From Propionibacterium freudenreichii subsp. freudenreichii (GTDB lineage: Bacteria; Actinomycetota; Actinomycetes; Propionibacteriales; Propionibacteriaceae): 32,000 bases of DNA. Of the stretch, positions 9,083 to 18,800 are shown piece after piece. The notes below the pieces were generated by a model. It made no database searches, was not told the DNA's origin, and saw only the letters and a list, made by a program, of their open reading frames with translations. Position numbers and translations under genes: made by a program. The stretch spans positions 450,001 to 482,000 of the forward strand of contig NZ_CP010341.1 of assembly GCF_000940845.1 (NCBI RefSeq), written 5' to 3'. Every line of letters starts with the position of its first letter. Position 1 is the stretch's first letter.

Positions 9083-9850
9083 ATGGCGTGCGCATCGCCA
9101 CGATGCGTGCCACCCCTTGCCGATCAGGAGCATCATGCGTGTCGTCCCGTTGTTCTCATGTGCGCTGGCGTGATGGCGCTCAGCCTCGTCGCTGCCGGAT
9201 GTTCCAGCACGGGCGCCCCGGCCTCGGTGCCGACGCGCAGCGTGGAGGAACTCACCAAGGACATGGGCAATGCGGTGAACTCGCAGGCCTCCACGAAGTC
9301 AGTGCGCATCACCGACTCGGGTGCCCAGAAGGACCCGACGAGCGCCGACGCCACCCAGAACTTCGTGGTCGAGGGCACCATGGACGGCTCGAACATGCTC
9401 TTCGAGCAGAACTTCAGCACCGGCTATTCAGTGTCGATGGTGCTCGTGGACGACAAGGTGTACACCAAGGCGAACGACAAGTACTGGCAGCTCAACGGCG
9501 ACGTGGACGGCGCCACGGTGGCGAAGTATGCCGACAAGTGGGTCAGCGACGACCCCAACACCACTGCCGACAATGTGAAGAACACCGCCCCGGTGAAGGT
9601 GCTCACCACCGTGTTCACCGAGCTGCAGGCCGACACCTTCCAGAAGGTCGACATCGTCAAGCGCAATGGCAAGAAGGTCTACCAGATGACCAATGACAAG
9701 GGCTCGGAGGTGGACGTCGACCCCGCCACGATGTACCCGATCCACATCAAGCTGAGCAACCACCCCGACACCTTCGAGTTCGAGAAGTGGAACAACGCGG
9801 CCACCCAGGTCGTCCCGCCCGCCGACCAGACCGTCGTCTACTCAGGCTGA
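9083..9850 (+). CDS. Putative secreted lipoprotein, paralogue 1 of 3 (start codon problematic)
   Basis: It has the lipobox LVAAGC and C-terminal blocks shared with the two downstream paralogues (VLVDDKVYTKANDKYW, KWVS, ATMYP, EKWN). The SD+ATG that matches the paralogues (CAGGAG-4 nt-ATG at 9135) is in a different frame, so the true start (9083, 9158 or a frameshifted 9135) is unresolved. Confidence 0.65.
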   Translation: MACASPRCVPPLADQEHHACRPVVLMCAGVMALSLVAAGCSSTGAPASVPTRSVEELTKDMGNAVNSQASTKSVRITDSGAQKDPTSADATQNFVVEGTMDGSNMLFEQNFSTGYSVSMVLVDDKVYTKANDKYWQLNGDVDGATVAKYADKWVSDDPNTTADNVKNTAPVKVLTTVFTELQADTFQKVDIVKRNGKKVYQMTNDKGSEVDVDPATMYPIHIKLSNHPDTFEFEKWNNAATQVVPPADQTVVYSG

Positions 9851-9908
9851 TCGTCCACGCGGGCCGGCCCGCTGCGACGTGCCCGACCCACCTACCCGCA
9901 GGAGAAGG

Positions 9909-10673
9909 ATGAAATACCGTCCCTTGGTTGTCCTCGGCAGCTGTGCGCTGGCGTTCGGCCTGGTGGCCGGGTGCTCGGCCAAGCCGGCGGTGAGCGGTGC
10001 CGGCTCGTCGGCCAGCTCCGCGTCGTCGAGTGCGTCGCCCAGCAAGTCCGCCGGCGAGGTGATCGACGCCATGATGAAGGCGATGCAGCAGGCCACCTCG
10101 GTGCGGGTCGCCCAGGTGCAGGGTTCCAGCAGCCCAGTGCAGGCCAGCGGTTCGGCGGGTGCCTCCGCGAGCGCCGCGGCCCCGGTCTCGGTGGTCAGTG
10201 AGGGCTCCCTGACGGGCGCGAACTACCTCTCCGACCTCTCGCTGGCCGGCGGCAGCCATGTGAACGTGCTGGTGGTGGACGACCAGACCTACCTGCAGGG
10301 CAATGACGCCTATTGGGCTTCGGCCGGCTCGCCGGAGGACCTGCGCAGGACCCTGGTGGGCAAGTGGGTGAGCAAGCAGGCGATGATCGATGGCTCAACG
10401 CTCAACAAGCTGGAGCCGTCCACGGTGATCGCCGAGCAGGTGGCCGACATCAGGGGCCAGGGATTCAAGAAGGTGGAGCAGGACACCCGCGATGGCCGTC
10501 AGGTGTTCAGGCTGCGCGCGAATGGTGACGCCGAAGTGGTGATCGATGCCGCCACCATGCTGCCGAGCCGTGTGAAGGTGACCTCGCGCAGCTTCCCCAC
10601 CGACCTCAGCGAATGGAATGCCGTGCCCCTGAAGACGGCGCCCCCCGAAGACCAGATCGTGAAGGTCAGCTAG
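9909..10673 (+). CDS. Putative secreted lipoprotein, paralogue 2 of 3
   Basis: The context is CAGGAG-aagg-ATG. The signal peptide MKYRPLVVLGSCALAFGLVAGC carries a lipobox and is followed by a Ser/Ala-rich linker. Conserved blocks are VLVVDDQTYLQGNDAYW, KWVS, ATMLPS and SEWN. The track start 9879 was trimmed. Confidence 0.8.
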   Translation: MKYRPLVVLGSCALAFGLVAGCSAKPAVSGAGSSASSASSSASPSKSAGEVIDAMMKAMQQATSVRVAQVQGSSSPVQASGSAGASASAAAPVSVVSEGSLTGANYLSDLSLAGGSHVNVLVVDDQTYLQGNDAYWASAGSPEDLRRTLVGKWVSKQAMIDGSTLNKLEPSTVIAEQVADIRGQGFKKVEQDTRDGRQVFRLRANGDAEVVIDAATMLPSRVKVTSRSFPTDLSEWNAVPLKTAPPEDQIVKVS

Positions 10674-10734
10674 CACGCCGGTCCGTCGCCGTGCCCGGCC
10701 ACCGTTCCCAGCCCCAAGGAATCGCAGGAGAGAA

Positions 10735-11310
10735 ATGAAGCTTCGTCCATTGGTCCTCGTCGTGGGTGCCGCCCTGTCGGTGACGCTCGTCGCCGGTTGC
10801 GGTGGGAGCTCGTCGAGCGGGGCGTCCGTGCCGACGACCACCTCGGTGGAGGGACAGTTCGACGACTCCAACTACCAGCTCGCCAACAGCTATGCCGGCG
10901 GGGCGTCGCTCAATGTGCTGATCGTCGACCAGAAGGGCTATGTGAAGGGCAATGTGACCTACTGGACCGGCGTGGGGTTGCCCAATGATGATGCCACCGC
11001 GCTCTCGCAGAAGTGGGCGCAGGGCAATTCGACCCGGCCCGAGGCGTTTGCCGAGTACTCCCCGTCGAAGGTGCGCGACCAACTGGTCAGCGACCTGGAC
11101 GCCACCACCTTCACCAGCTCTGAATCAATCACCGTCAACAACAAGGCCGCTTACCGGCTGCAGTCGGCCACCGGCACGCAGCTGGTGATCGATGCCGAGA
11201 CGATGCTGCCCAGCGCGATGAAGAGCCAGACCAAGACCTATGACATGAGCCAGTGGAATTCGGTGAGCCCCAAGGTGGCACCGCCCACCAGCCAGGTGAC
11301 CACCGGCTGA
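10735..11310 (+). CDS. Putative secreted lipoprotein, paralogue 3 of 3 (shorter)
   Basis: The context is CAGGAG-agaa-ATG. The signal peptide MKLRPLVLVVGAALSVTLVAGC carries a lipobox. Conserved blocks are VLIVDQKGYVKGNVTYW, KWA, ETMLPS and SQWN. It lacks the N-terminal half of paralogues 1 and 2. Confidence 0.8.
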   Translation: MKLRPLVLVVGAALSVTLVAGCGGSSSSGASVPTTTSVEGQFDDSNYQLANSYAGGASLNVLIVDQKGYVKGNVTYWTGVGLPNDDATALSQKWAQGNSTRPEAFAEYSPSKVRDQLVSDLDATTFTSSESITVNNKAAYRLQSATGTQLVIDAETMLPSAMKSQTKTYDMSQWNSVSPKVAPPTSQVTTG

Positions 11311-11834
11311 GGCCCCGACGAGCCGTCGGCCCGGTGGCCATCTCGCAATACAAGACAAACCGGCAAAGTGTCGGCAGTCCCGCGGAAAGAGATTACCTTT
11401 CATCCATAGAGATGCCGATTGAGTTGGACGGCGTCCCGATGTGGTGGCAACCAGGTGCGGCGACAATAGGGTGCGGTGGCAACAAAGAGGTTGACGGCAA
11501 GCGCGGCAGTTCCAGCAAGCAGTAGCAACACAACAGACGGCCCTTACGTCGTTGGCAACACAGCGTCGCAGGGCCGGCAGAGCTCGATGCAGCTGACGAG
11601 GCGGAAAACATCCGCTTGGTGACAACGCACGTCAGTGACATCGATCACAACCGGTTCCAGTGCCGTTCGAATCAGAGCCTTGGGCAGTGGATCCGGTTGT
11701 TCCAAGGGTGGATGCCCCGTCGGGGCGACCCGGCGGGGTAGCCCCGATGCAGCGAACGGTTCCGTAACTCGCGCACCCCGCAACCCGCGCGCCTCTCAAC
11801 CCGCATGTCTGGGGGCGGTCACCACGGCAGCCGG

Positions 11835-13403
11835 CTACAACAGCAGCGGGATGACCTGCACCAACAGGATCTTCACCACCGTGCCCAGCGCGAACAATGC
11901 CCCGTAGGCGGAGTCGATGCGCTCGTCGTTGACCAGCTGGTTGGCATAGCCCAGCACCGCTGGCTGGCCGACGAATCCGGCAAAGCCCCCCGCCGCACGC
12001 TGCGCCGACAGGCCCAGCCACTTGGCTCCGAGGAGCACCACCAGCGCGCCCAGTACCAGTGCGACCGCCGAGACGAGCAGGATCTTCAACCCGATCAGCG
12101 AGAACGCCTGCGACAGGAAGGCCGGACCGGTGGCCAGGCCGACGCATGCCAGGAAGATCATGAGGCCCATCTGGCGCAACACCGAGTTGGTCGCGTGGGG
12201 CAGGTCCCAGCGGAACGGGCCGGTGCGGTGCAGCGCGCCCAGCACCATGCCGACGATCAGCGGGCCCGCGGCGCTGCCGAGCTCGAAGTTGATGCCACCG
12301 GGCAGCGGCACCCGGATGGCCCCGGCGAGCAGGCCGAGCGCGATGCCCAGCCCCAGCGTCAGGGCGTCCAACTGCGAGATGCGGTTCTCCGAGTCACCGA
12401 AGAAGTCCTGCGCGTCGCCCATCCGTCCGCGCGGCACCACGGCCAGCACGCGGTCGCCGGGCTGCAGGATCAGGTCGTCGGTGGCCAGCATCTCCAGGTC
12501 GCCGCGGCGCACGCGGGTGACGATGCCGTCGAGGTTGCTGCGCACGTTGATGTCGCCGATGGTGCGTCCGGCAAGGTGCGGGTTCGACACCAGGAAGCGG
12601 CGGTAGTCGACGTCGCGGCGGTTCTCGGTGAGGCGCATCTCGGAGGGATGGCCCAGGAACTCGACCGCGCCCTGCACGTCGTCGGGCATGCCCACCACCA
12701 GCACGATGTCGCCGTGGTGCAGGTAGTCGGCGGCGGTGATCAGGCGCATCTCGCCGGCGCGACGCAGGTAGCTCATGCGGATGCGGGAGGGCCACCCGGG
12801 GATCTCGCTCATGCGGGTGTCATGGGTCACCAGGGTGCTCACGGCGGTGATGCCGGCTTCTGCCATCGACGTGTTGTCGCGTTTGCCGGGCCAGCGCTTG
12901 GTGGCCACCATGGCGACGATGATCATGGCCACGATCACGCCGGTGGGGTACGACACCGCATATCCCACCAGGGTGTCGGGGGAGTTGTTGGTGGCGTGTT
13001 GGGCCGCGTCGATGGCCGGTGAGGTGAGCACGCCGGCGAACAGGCCGGCCACGTGCCCACTGGACAGGTTCACCATCCTGCCGACGCCCACGCCGAAGCC
13101 GGCCATCAGCAACAGGCCGACGACGCCGGCTAGCATGAGCGTCCACTGGCGCTTGAGGTCGGACAGGAAGGTGGAACCGGCGGCCAGGCCGACGGTGTAG
13201 CAGAACAGTCCGACGCCCAGTGACTTCACCAGGGTCATGCCGTCGCCCAGCCGGGGATCGAGCATGCCCACCATCAGGCCGACGAACAGGGCGCCGGCGG
13301 CGCCGAAGCGCAGGGGGCCGAACTTGATCTGGCCGAGCAGCGCCCCCAGCGACAGCACCCCCATGATGGTGACGAGGGGATATGAGACGAGGAAGTTGAT
13401 CAT
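11835..13403 (-). CDS. AAE-family transporter (AspT/YidE/YbjL type) with central RCK_C/TrkA-C domains
   Basis: Two homologous membrane halves (MINFLVSYPLVTIMGVLSLGALLGQIKFG... and ...LGLGIALGLLAGAIRVPLPGG) flank two soluble repeats (HHGDIVLVVG, LQPGDRVLAVV), which is the typical family architecture. Confidence 0.85.
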   Translation of the reverse strand: MINFLVSYPLVTIMGVLSLGALLGQIKFGPLRFGAAGALFVGLMVGMLDPRLGDGMTLVKSLGVGLFCYTVGLAAGSTFLSDLKRQWTLMLAGVVGLLLMAGFGVGVGRMVNLSSGHVAGLFAGVLTSPAIDAAQHATNNSPDTLVGYAVSYPTGVIVAMIIVAMVATKRWPGKRDNTSMAEAGITAVSTLVTHDTRMSEIPGWPSRIRMSYLRRAGEMRLITAADYLHHGDIVLVVGMPDDVQGAVEFLGHPSEMRLTENRRDVDYRRFLVSNPHLAGRTIGDINVRSNLDGIVTRVRRGDLEMLATDDLILQPGDRVLAVVPRGRMGDAQDFFGDSENRISQLDALTLGLGIALGLLAGAIRVPLPGGINFELGSAAGPLIVGMVLGALHRTGPFRWDLPHATNSVLRQMGLMIFLACVGLATGPAFLSQAFSLIGLKILLVSAVALVLGALVVLLGAKWLGLSAQRAAGGFAGFVGQPAVLGYANQLVNDERIDSAYGALFALGTVVKILLVQVIPLLL

Positions 13404-13585
13404 TCGCGCCTCCTAGTGCGGGCCGAGGTGACCATACCGGAGACGGGCTGTCGCGGTGCCATGCGTTCACCATTGCCGGCGGTTCACCGGGTGCCGGGCG
13501 CCGTGCACGGAACGGCGCCGGGCACGGCTCGGACGCATCGCAAGCACTGCCGTCCGCGCCTGTGGTGCCCGGATAGACTTCCCGC

Positions 13586-14917
13586 GTGACTGCACCGAGC
13601 ACTGGTTCTTCGACGCATTCGTCCCCCTCCGGCCATATTCGGCCCACAGCTGATTCGCTCACCGTGCTGGTGGTGGGCGCCGGGGGACGCGAGCATTCGT
13701 TGGCCCTGGCTGCCAGCCATGATCCCGGCGTGGGCGCGGTGCACGTGGCCCCGGGCAATCCCGGCACGGCCGCCTTCGCCACCAACCACCCGGTGGACAT
13801 CATGGATGGGCCCGCCGTGGCCGCCCTGGCCACCTCGATCGGTGCCGACCTGGTGATCGTGGGGCCCGAGGCCCCGCTCGTCGCCGGTGTTGCCGACGAC
13901 GTCCGCGCGGCCGGTATCGCCTGTTTCGGGCCGAGCCGCGCCGCCGCCCAGCTGGAGGGGTCCAAGGCGTTCGCCAAGAAGGTGATGGCCGACGCGCAGG
14001 TGCCCACGGCCCAGTCCCGCGTGGCCACCACCCCCGCACAGGCCGCCGCCGCCCTCGACGAGTTCGGTGCGCCCTATGTGGTGAAGGACGACGGCCTCGC
14101 CGCCGGCAAGGGTGTCATCGTCACCTCCGACCGCGCTGCCGCCCTGGCCCATGCGGCCGAATGCGACCAGGTGGTGATCGAGGAATACCTCGACGGACCC
14201 GAGCTGAGCCTGTTCGTCATCACCGACGGCACGAGCGCCGTGCCGCTGCTGCCGGCCCAGGACTTCAAGCGGGTGGGGGAGGGCGACGCCGGCCCGAACA
14301 CCGGCGGCATGGGCTCCTATGCGCCGCTGCCGTGGTTGCCGGCCGATGTGGTCGACGAGGTGATGGTGCAGGTGGTGCGTCCCACCCTGGAGCGCATGCG
14401 CGAGCTGGGGACGCCCTTCGCCGGGCTGCTCTATGTGGGGCTGGCCCTCACGGCCGCCGGGCCGCGCGTGGTGGAGTTCAATGCCCGCTTCGGCGATCCG
14501 GAGACCGAGGTGGTGCTGCCGCTGCTCGAGGGCCCGTTCGCCCGGGTGTTGTTGGCCGCCGCCACCGGCACCCTGGCCGATGCACCGGCGCTGACGGTGG
14601 GGCCCGGTGCCGCAGTGGGTGTGGTGCTGGCATCCACCGGATATCCCACCGACCCGCACCCCGGCGGCGTCATCAAGCTGCCGCCCGCCCATGACGATGT
14701 GCAGGTGATCCATTCGGGCACCGCCCTGGACGCACACGGCCAGCTGGTCTCGGCCGGCGGACGCGTGCTGGTGGTGGTCGCCCGTGGCATCGACCTGGCC
14801 GATGCGCGCGCCAAGGCCTATGCCGCCGTTGACCGCATTGATTTTCCCGATGGCTTCTGCCGACGCGACATCGCGTCGCCGCAACGGTTGGCCGCCATCG
14901 CCGACCAACTCAGCTGA
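13586..14917 (+). CDS. purD: Phosphoribosylamine-glycine ligase
   Basis: PurD blocks are present: VLVVGAGGREHSLA, GPEAPLVAGVAD, VVKDDGLAAGKGV, GPNTGGMGSY and VEFNARFGDPE. The start is uncertain. GTG 13586 gives a 26-aa N-terminal extension, and in-frame GTG 13664 fits family N-termini better. Confidence 0.9.
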   Translation: MTAPSTGSSTHSSPSGHIRPTADSLTVLVVGAGGREHSLALAASHDPGVGAVHVAPGNPGTAAFATNHPVDIMDGPAVAALATSIGADLVIVGPEAPLVAGVADDVRAAGIACFGPSRAAAQLEGSKAFAKKVMADAQVPTAQSRVATTPAQAAAALDEFGAPYVVKDDGLAAGKGVIVTSDRAAALAHAAECDQVVIEEYLDGPELSLFVITDGTSAVPLLPAQDFKRVGEGDAGPNTGGMGSYAPLPWLPADVVDEVMVQVVRPTLERMRELGTPFAGLLYVGLALTAAGPRVVEFNARFGDPETEVVLPLLEGPFARVLLAAATGTLADAPALTVGPGAAVGVVLASTGYPTDPHPGGVIKLPPAHDDVQVIHSGTALDAHGQLVSAGGRVLVVVARGIDLADARAKAYAAVDRIDFPDGFCRRDIASPQRLAAIADQLS

Positions 14918-14945
14918 CCCTTTCCGCTGTCCGCAAGGAGGACCC

Positions 14946-16379
14946 ATGACCGTTCCCAATGTGTTGGCCACCCGTTATGCGTCGGCCCAGATGAAGCACA
15001 TCTGGTCGCCCGAACACAAGATCGTCGAGGAGCGCAAGCTGTGGATCGCGGTGCTCGAGGCGCAGCGCGACCTGGGCGTCGACTTCGGCGGCGACGACCC
15101 CGACGAGGTGATCAATGCCTACCAGTCGGTGATCGACGAGGTTGACCTCGCCTCGATCGCCGCCCGCGAGCGGGTGACGCGCCATGACGTGAAGGCCCGC
15201 ATCGAGGAGTTCAACGCGCTGGCCGGCTACGAGCACATCCACAAGGGCATGACCAGCCGTGACCTCACCGAGAACATCGAGCAGCTGCAGGTGCTGCATT
15301 CGCTCCAGTTGGTGCGCTCGCGTGCCGTCACCGCCCTGGCCCGGCTCGGCGAGCTGGCCGCCCGCTACGAGAGCCAGCCGATTGCCGGACGCACCCACAA
15401 CGTGGCCGCCCAGGTGACCACGCTGGGCAAGCGCTTCGCCACCTGCGCCAACGAGCTGCTGGTGGCCCACGCCCGGCTCAGCGACCTGATCGACCGCTAC
15501 CCGGCCCGGGGCATCAAGGGTCCGGTGGGCACCTCGCAGGATATGCTCGACCTGCTGGGCGGCGACGTCGACAAGCTCGCGGAGTTCGAGCAGCGCATCG
15601 CCACCGGGTTGGGCTTCAACCATGTGCTCATGAGCACCGGGCAGGTGTACCCGCGCAGCCTCGACTTCGACGCGGTCACCGCGCTGGCCCAGACGGCTGC
15701 CGCGCCCAGCAACCTGGCCACGAGCATCCGCCTGATGGCCGGTAACGAGCTGGTCACCGAGGGCTTCAAGCCCGGCCAGGTGGGCAGTTCGGCGATGCCC
15801 CACAAGATGAACACCCGCAGCTGCGAGCGCATCAACGGCATGAGCGTGGTGATCCGCGGCTATGTGTCGATGGTGGGCGAGCTGGCCGGCGACCAGTGGA
15901 ACGAGGGGGATGTGTCCTGCTCGGTGGTGCGGCGCGTGGCGCTGCCCGACGCGTTCTTCGCCATCGACGGGCTCTTCGAGACCTTCCTCACCGTGCTCGC
16001 CGACTTCGGGGCCTTCCCCGCGATGATCCAGGCCGAGCTAGACCGCTATCTGCCGTTCCTCACCACCACCAAGGTGCTGATGGCGGCCGTGCGCAAGGGC
16101 GTCGGTCGTGAGGACGCCCATGAGGCCATCAAGGAGAATGCGGTGGCGGTGGCCCTGGAGCTGCGTGAGACGGGCTCGAAGGTCAATCCGCTGTTCGAGC
16201 GCCTCGCGGCGGACAAGCGCCTGGGCCTCACCCGCGATGAGCTGCACGCCCTGGTGAGTTCCCCGCTGGAGCTCACCGGTGCGGCCCGCGTGCAGGTGGG
16301 CCAGGTGGTGGCGCAGGTCGAGAAGATCGTGGCGGACGACCCCGAGTCGGCCCAGTACCATCCGGGTGCCGTGCTCTGA
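14946..16379 (+). CDS. purB: Adenylosuccinate lyase
   Basis: The fumarate-lyase signature GSSAMPHKMNTR is present, with N-terminus MTVPNVLATRYAS preceded by AAGGAGG. The track ORF from 14784 overlaps purD and was trimmed. Confidence 0.9.
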   Translation: MTVPNVLATRYASAQMKHIWSPEHKIVEERKLWIAVLEAQRDLGVDFGGDDPDEVINAYQSVIDEVDLASIAARERVTRHDVKARIEEFNALAGYEHIHKGMTSRDLTENIEQLQVLHSLQLVRSRAVTALARLGELAARYESQPIAGRTHNVAAQVTTLGKRFATCANELLVAHARLSDLIDRYPARGIKGPVGTSQDMLDLLGGDVDKLAEFEQRIATGLGFNHVLMSTGQVYPRSLDFDAVTALAQTAAAPSNLATSIRLMAGNELVTEGFKPGQVGSSAMPHKMNTRSCERINGMSVVIRGYVSMVGELAGDQWNEGDVSCSVVRRVALPDAFFAIDGLFETFLTVLADFGAFPAMIQAELDRYLPFLTTTKVLMAAVRKGVGREDAHEAIKENAVAVALELRETGSKVNPLFERLAADKRLGLTRDELHALVSSPLELTGAARVQVGQVVAQVEKIVADDPESAQYHPGAVL

Positions 16380-16388
16380 TCGGCTGAC

Positions 16389-17495
16389 TCAGCCGTCGTC
16401 GCGGCCGTCCTGCTTGCCGCCCGCATCGACGAACTCCTGCACGGCCCGGGCGAAGGACACCAGGGGGTTGTCGGCAGGGGGCGTCGGGGCGTCGTGTCGC
16501 GAGGTGCTGGCGCCCACTCGTGTGCCGGCGGGCCGCGCTGTTGCCGGCACGGAGAACCAGGCCAGGTCGAGGCGCACCGGCTTGCCCCATCCCGCGGAGC
16601 GTTGCGCCATGGTCGACATGGTGGTCGCAAAGTCCTCTGCGCTGCCGAAGACGAGCGTCCAGGGCAGCGTCGCCTTGAACAGGGCGGATGCCCCGGCAGG
16701 GTCGACCTGTTCGGGACGCAGCGCGTCCAGGTGGCGTCGGTAGGCATCGAGGTCGTCCAGCAGGTGGTTGCCCAGGGCCGAGCGTGGCGCACGCAACCGG
16801 CCCAGGGAGGCCAGCAGGAGGCCGCCGGCCACCACCAGCAGCGGCCCGACCATGGCGCTCCACTTGCTGGTGGCCATCACGTCGATCGCGCTGATCACGG
16901 CCAGCACCAGGCCCACGATCGTCAGCACCCCGCCGACCCAGCCCCACGTGGTGTGGTGGTCATGCGGGTCGCGATGGAACCAACCCAGCCGGGTGCCCTC
17001 GGCGCGCAGCGCCTGACGGGCCTGCGACAGGGGCTCCGAGTGGTCGGCCAGCAGCAGGCCGAGTCGCACGCTGGGGCGTGGCGTCCGCTCGTCGGTGCCG
17101 GGCACCGGGGGTGCGGTGAAGATGGCTGCCAGCACGGCCCGGTCGGCCTCGGGGAGGTCGGCGTCGGCCTTCTGGGTGCGTTGCATCTGCCAATCGGGGG
17201 CTCCGGCCCCCTGCGCGGTCAATCGGGTGATCTGCAGGTATCCGCGGGCGGCCAGGTCGGCCAGCGCCACGAACACATCGCGCATGTCGGTGCGTCCGTT
17301 CAAAAGGGCGCCCGCCAGGCCGGGCTCGACGCCGGCGGGAGGTTGATCGTGGGTCGTGGGCGCGATGAGTCCCGGATCGACGTCGGGCAGGGCCTGGTCG
17401 GCACGGTGGCGACGTCGGGTGATCGTGTAGACCGTCGCACTGAAGACGGCGACGACCACGCCGAATACGAGCATGATCAGTTCTGCCTGGCGCAC
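16389..17495 (-). CDS. DUF2207-like membrane protein
   Basis: It has an N-terminal TM, the DUF2207-like block PPAGVEPGLAGALLNGRTDMRDVFVALADLAARGYLQI, and two further TM helices. The start is set at GTG 17495, preceded by GGAGGGG-5 nt. The track ORF (to 17711) would overlap purC. Confidence 0.6.
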   Translation of the reverse strand: MRQAELIMLVFGVVVAVFSATVYTITRRRHRADQALPDVDPGLIAPTTHDQPPAGVEPGLAGALLNGRTDMRDVFVALADLAARGYLQITRLTAQGAGAPDWQMQRTQKADADLPEADRAVLAAIFTAPPVPGTDERTPRPSVRLGLLLADHSEPLSQARQALRAEGTRLGWFHRDPHDHHTTWGWVGGVLTIVGLVLAVISAIDVMATSKWSAMVGPLLVVAGGLLLASLGRLRAPRSALGNHLLDDLDAYRRHLDALRPEQVDPAGASALFKATLPWTLVFGSAEDFATTMSTMAQRSAGWGKPVRLDLAWFSVPATARPAGTRVGASTSRHDAPTPPADNPLVSFARAVQEFVDAGGKQDGRDDG

Positions 17496-17592
17496 GCGAA
17501 CCCCTCCTGCCCGAAAGACTAGACAGTCACGGGGGTGACCATGTGGAACCGCGCGGCAACGGACAGCACCGGTTCCGCGTAATCTGGGCCCC

Positions 17593-18471
17593 GTGAAGCA
17601 CGCCCAGTATGCGAACCTCGGTCTGCCCCTGATCCACGCCGGAAAGGTGCGCGAGCTGTTCGACCTGCCCCGCGAGCCGGCACACCTGCTGATGGTGGCC
17701 ACCGACAACATCTCGGCGTTCGACTATGTGCTCGATTCCATGATCCCCGACAAGGGCGTCGTGCTCACCCAGTTGTCGCTGTGGTGGTTCAAGCAGTTGG
17801 GCGACATTGTGGACAACCACGTGGTGAGCACCGACGTACCCGACGAGGTGGCCGGTCGCGCGATCGTCGCCGAAAAGCTCGACATGGTGCCGGTGGAGTG
17901 CGTGGCACGCGGCTACCTCACCGGATCGGGCTGGGCCGAATACCAGGAGACGGGCTCGGTCACCGGCATTGCGTTACCCGCCGGCCTGCACGACGGTTCC
18001 CGGTTGCCCGAGCCGATCTTCACGCCGGCCACGAAGGCACCGATGGGCGAGCATGACGAGAACGTCAGCTTCGACCAGATGAGCCGCACGGTGGGCTACG
18101 ATACCGGGGCGGCCATTCGCGACCTGACCCTGCGGCTGTATGCCAAGGCCGAGCAGATCGCGCGGGAGCGTGGCATCGTGCTCGCCGACACGAAGTTCGA
18201 GTTCGGGCGTCGCCCGGATGGCGTGCTCGTGCTGGGCGATGAGGTGCTGACGCCGGACTCGTCGCGCTTCTGGGACGCCGACGCCTACGAGGCGGGCCGG
18301 CTCGAGAGCTTCGACAAGCAGTACCTGCGCGACTGGCTCACCCACGATTCGGGATGGGACCGCAGCAGCGGCGAGCGTCCGCCGGCGCTGCCTGACGCCA
18401 TCGTCACGGCCACTCGCGAGCGCTACTTGGAGGCCTTCGAGAGGCTGACCGGTGCGCCGTTGGCGCTGTGA
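17593..18471 (+). CDS. purC: SAICAR synthetase
   Basis: PurC blocks are present: LIHAGKVRELF, ATDNISAFD and LADTKFEFG. Confidence 0.9.
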   Translation: MKHAQYANLGLPLIHAGKVRELFDLPREPAHLLMVATDNISAFDYVLDSMIPDKGVVLTQLSLWWFKQLGDIVDNHVVSTDVPDEVAGRAIVAEKLDMVPVECVARGYLTGSGWAEYQETGSVTGIALPAGLHDGSRLPEPIFTPATKAPMGEHDENVSFDQMSRTVGYDTGAAIRDLTLRLYAKAEQIARERGIVLADTKFEFGRRPDGVLVLGDEVLTPDSSRFWDADAYEAGRLESFDKQYLRDWLTHDSGWDRSSGERPPALPDAIVTATRERYLEAFERLTGAPLAL

Positions 18472-18553
18472 GCGCCGCCCTGATCGCCACCGGGATAATC
18501 GTCCGGGTTCAGACGGGGAAGGCTTTGCTGGGCCGGCAGGATAAGCTGCGCGC

Positions 18554-18799
18554 ATGGCCCGTGTAGTTGTGGACGTCATGCCGAAGCCCGAGATTCTCGA
18601 TCCGCAGGGAAAGGCCATCACCGGCTCCCTGTCGAGGATGGGATTTGACGGGCTCAATGTCCGTCAGGGCAAGCGCTTTGAGATCGAGGTTGACGGTGGA
18701 GTCACCGAGGAACGCCTCGTGCAGGTGAAGGAAGCCGCTGAGAAGCTGCTTGCCAACACCGTGATCGAGAGCTTCACCGTGCACATCGAGGACAACTGA
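18554..18799 (+). CDS. purS: FGAM synthase subunit PurS
   Basis: An 81-aa protein beginning [22 protein letters not shown] sits immediately upstream of purQ. Confidence 0.9.
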   Translation: MARVVVDVMPKPEILDPQGKAITGSLSRMGFDGLNVRQGKRFEIEVDGGVTEERLVQVKEAAEKLLANTVIESFTVHIEDN

Positions 18800-18800
18800 G

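Noticed and set aside
11311-11834. A known housekeeping RNA (tmRNA, RNase P RNA, SRP RNA) in the long convergent spacer.
   Set aside because: The hallmark sequences as I recall them are absent on both strands: the tmRNA 5' GGGGCUGA / 3' tRNA-like end, the RNase P GAGGAAAGUCC block, and the SRP domain IV GGAAGCAG context. The region is kept only as an unexplained finding.
13491-13525. A GC-rich 13-bp-stem hairpin (one mismatch) in the transporter/purD divergent region.
   Set aside because: Such hairpins arise readily in this composition. I found no repeat copies or adjacent signals to give it meaning.
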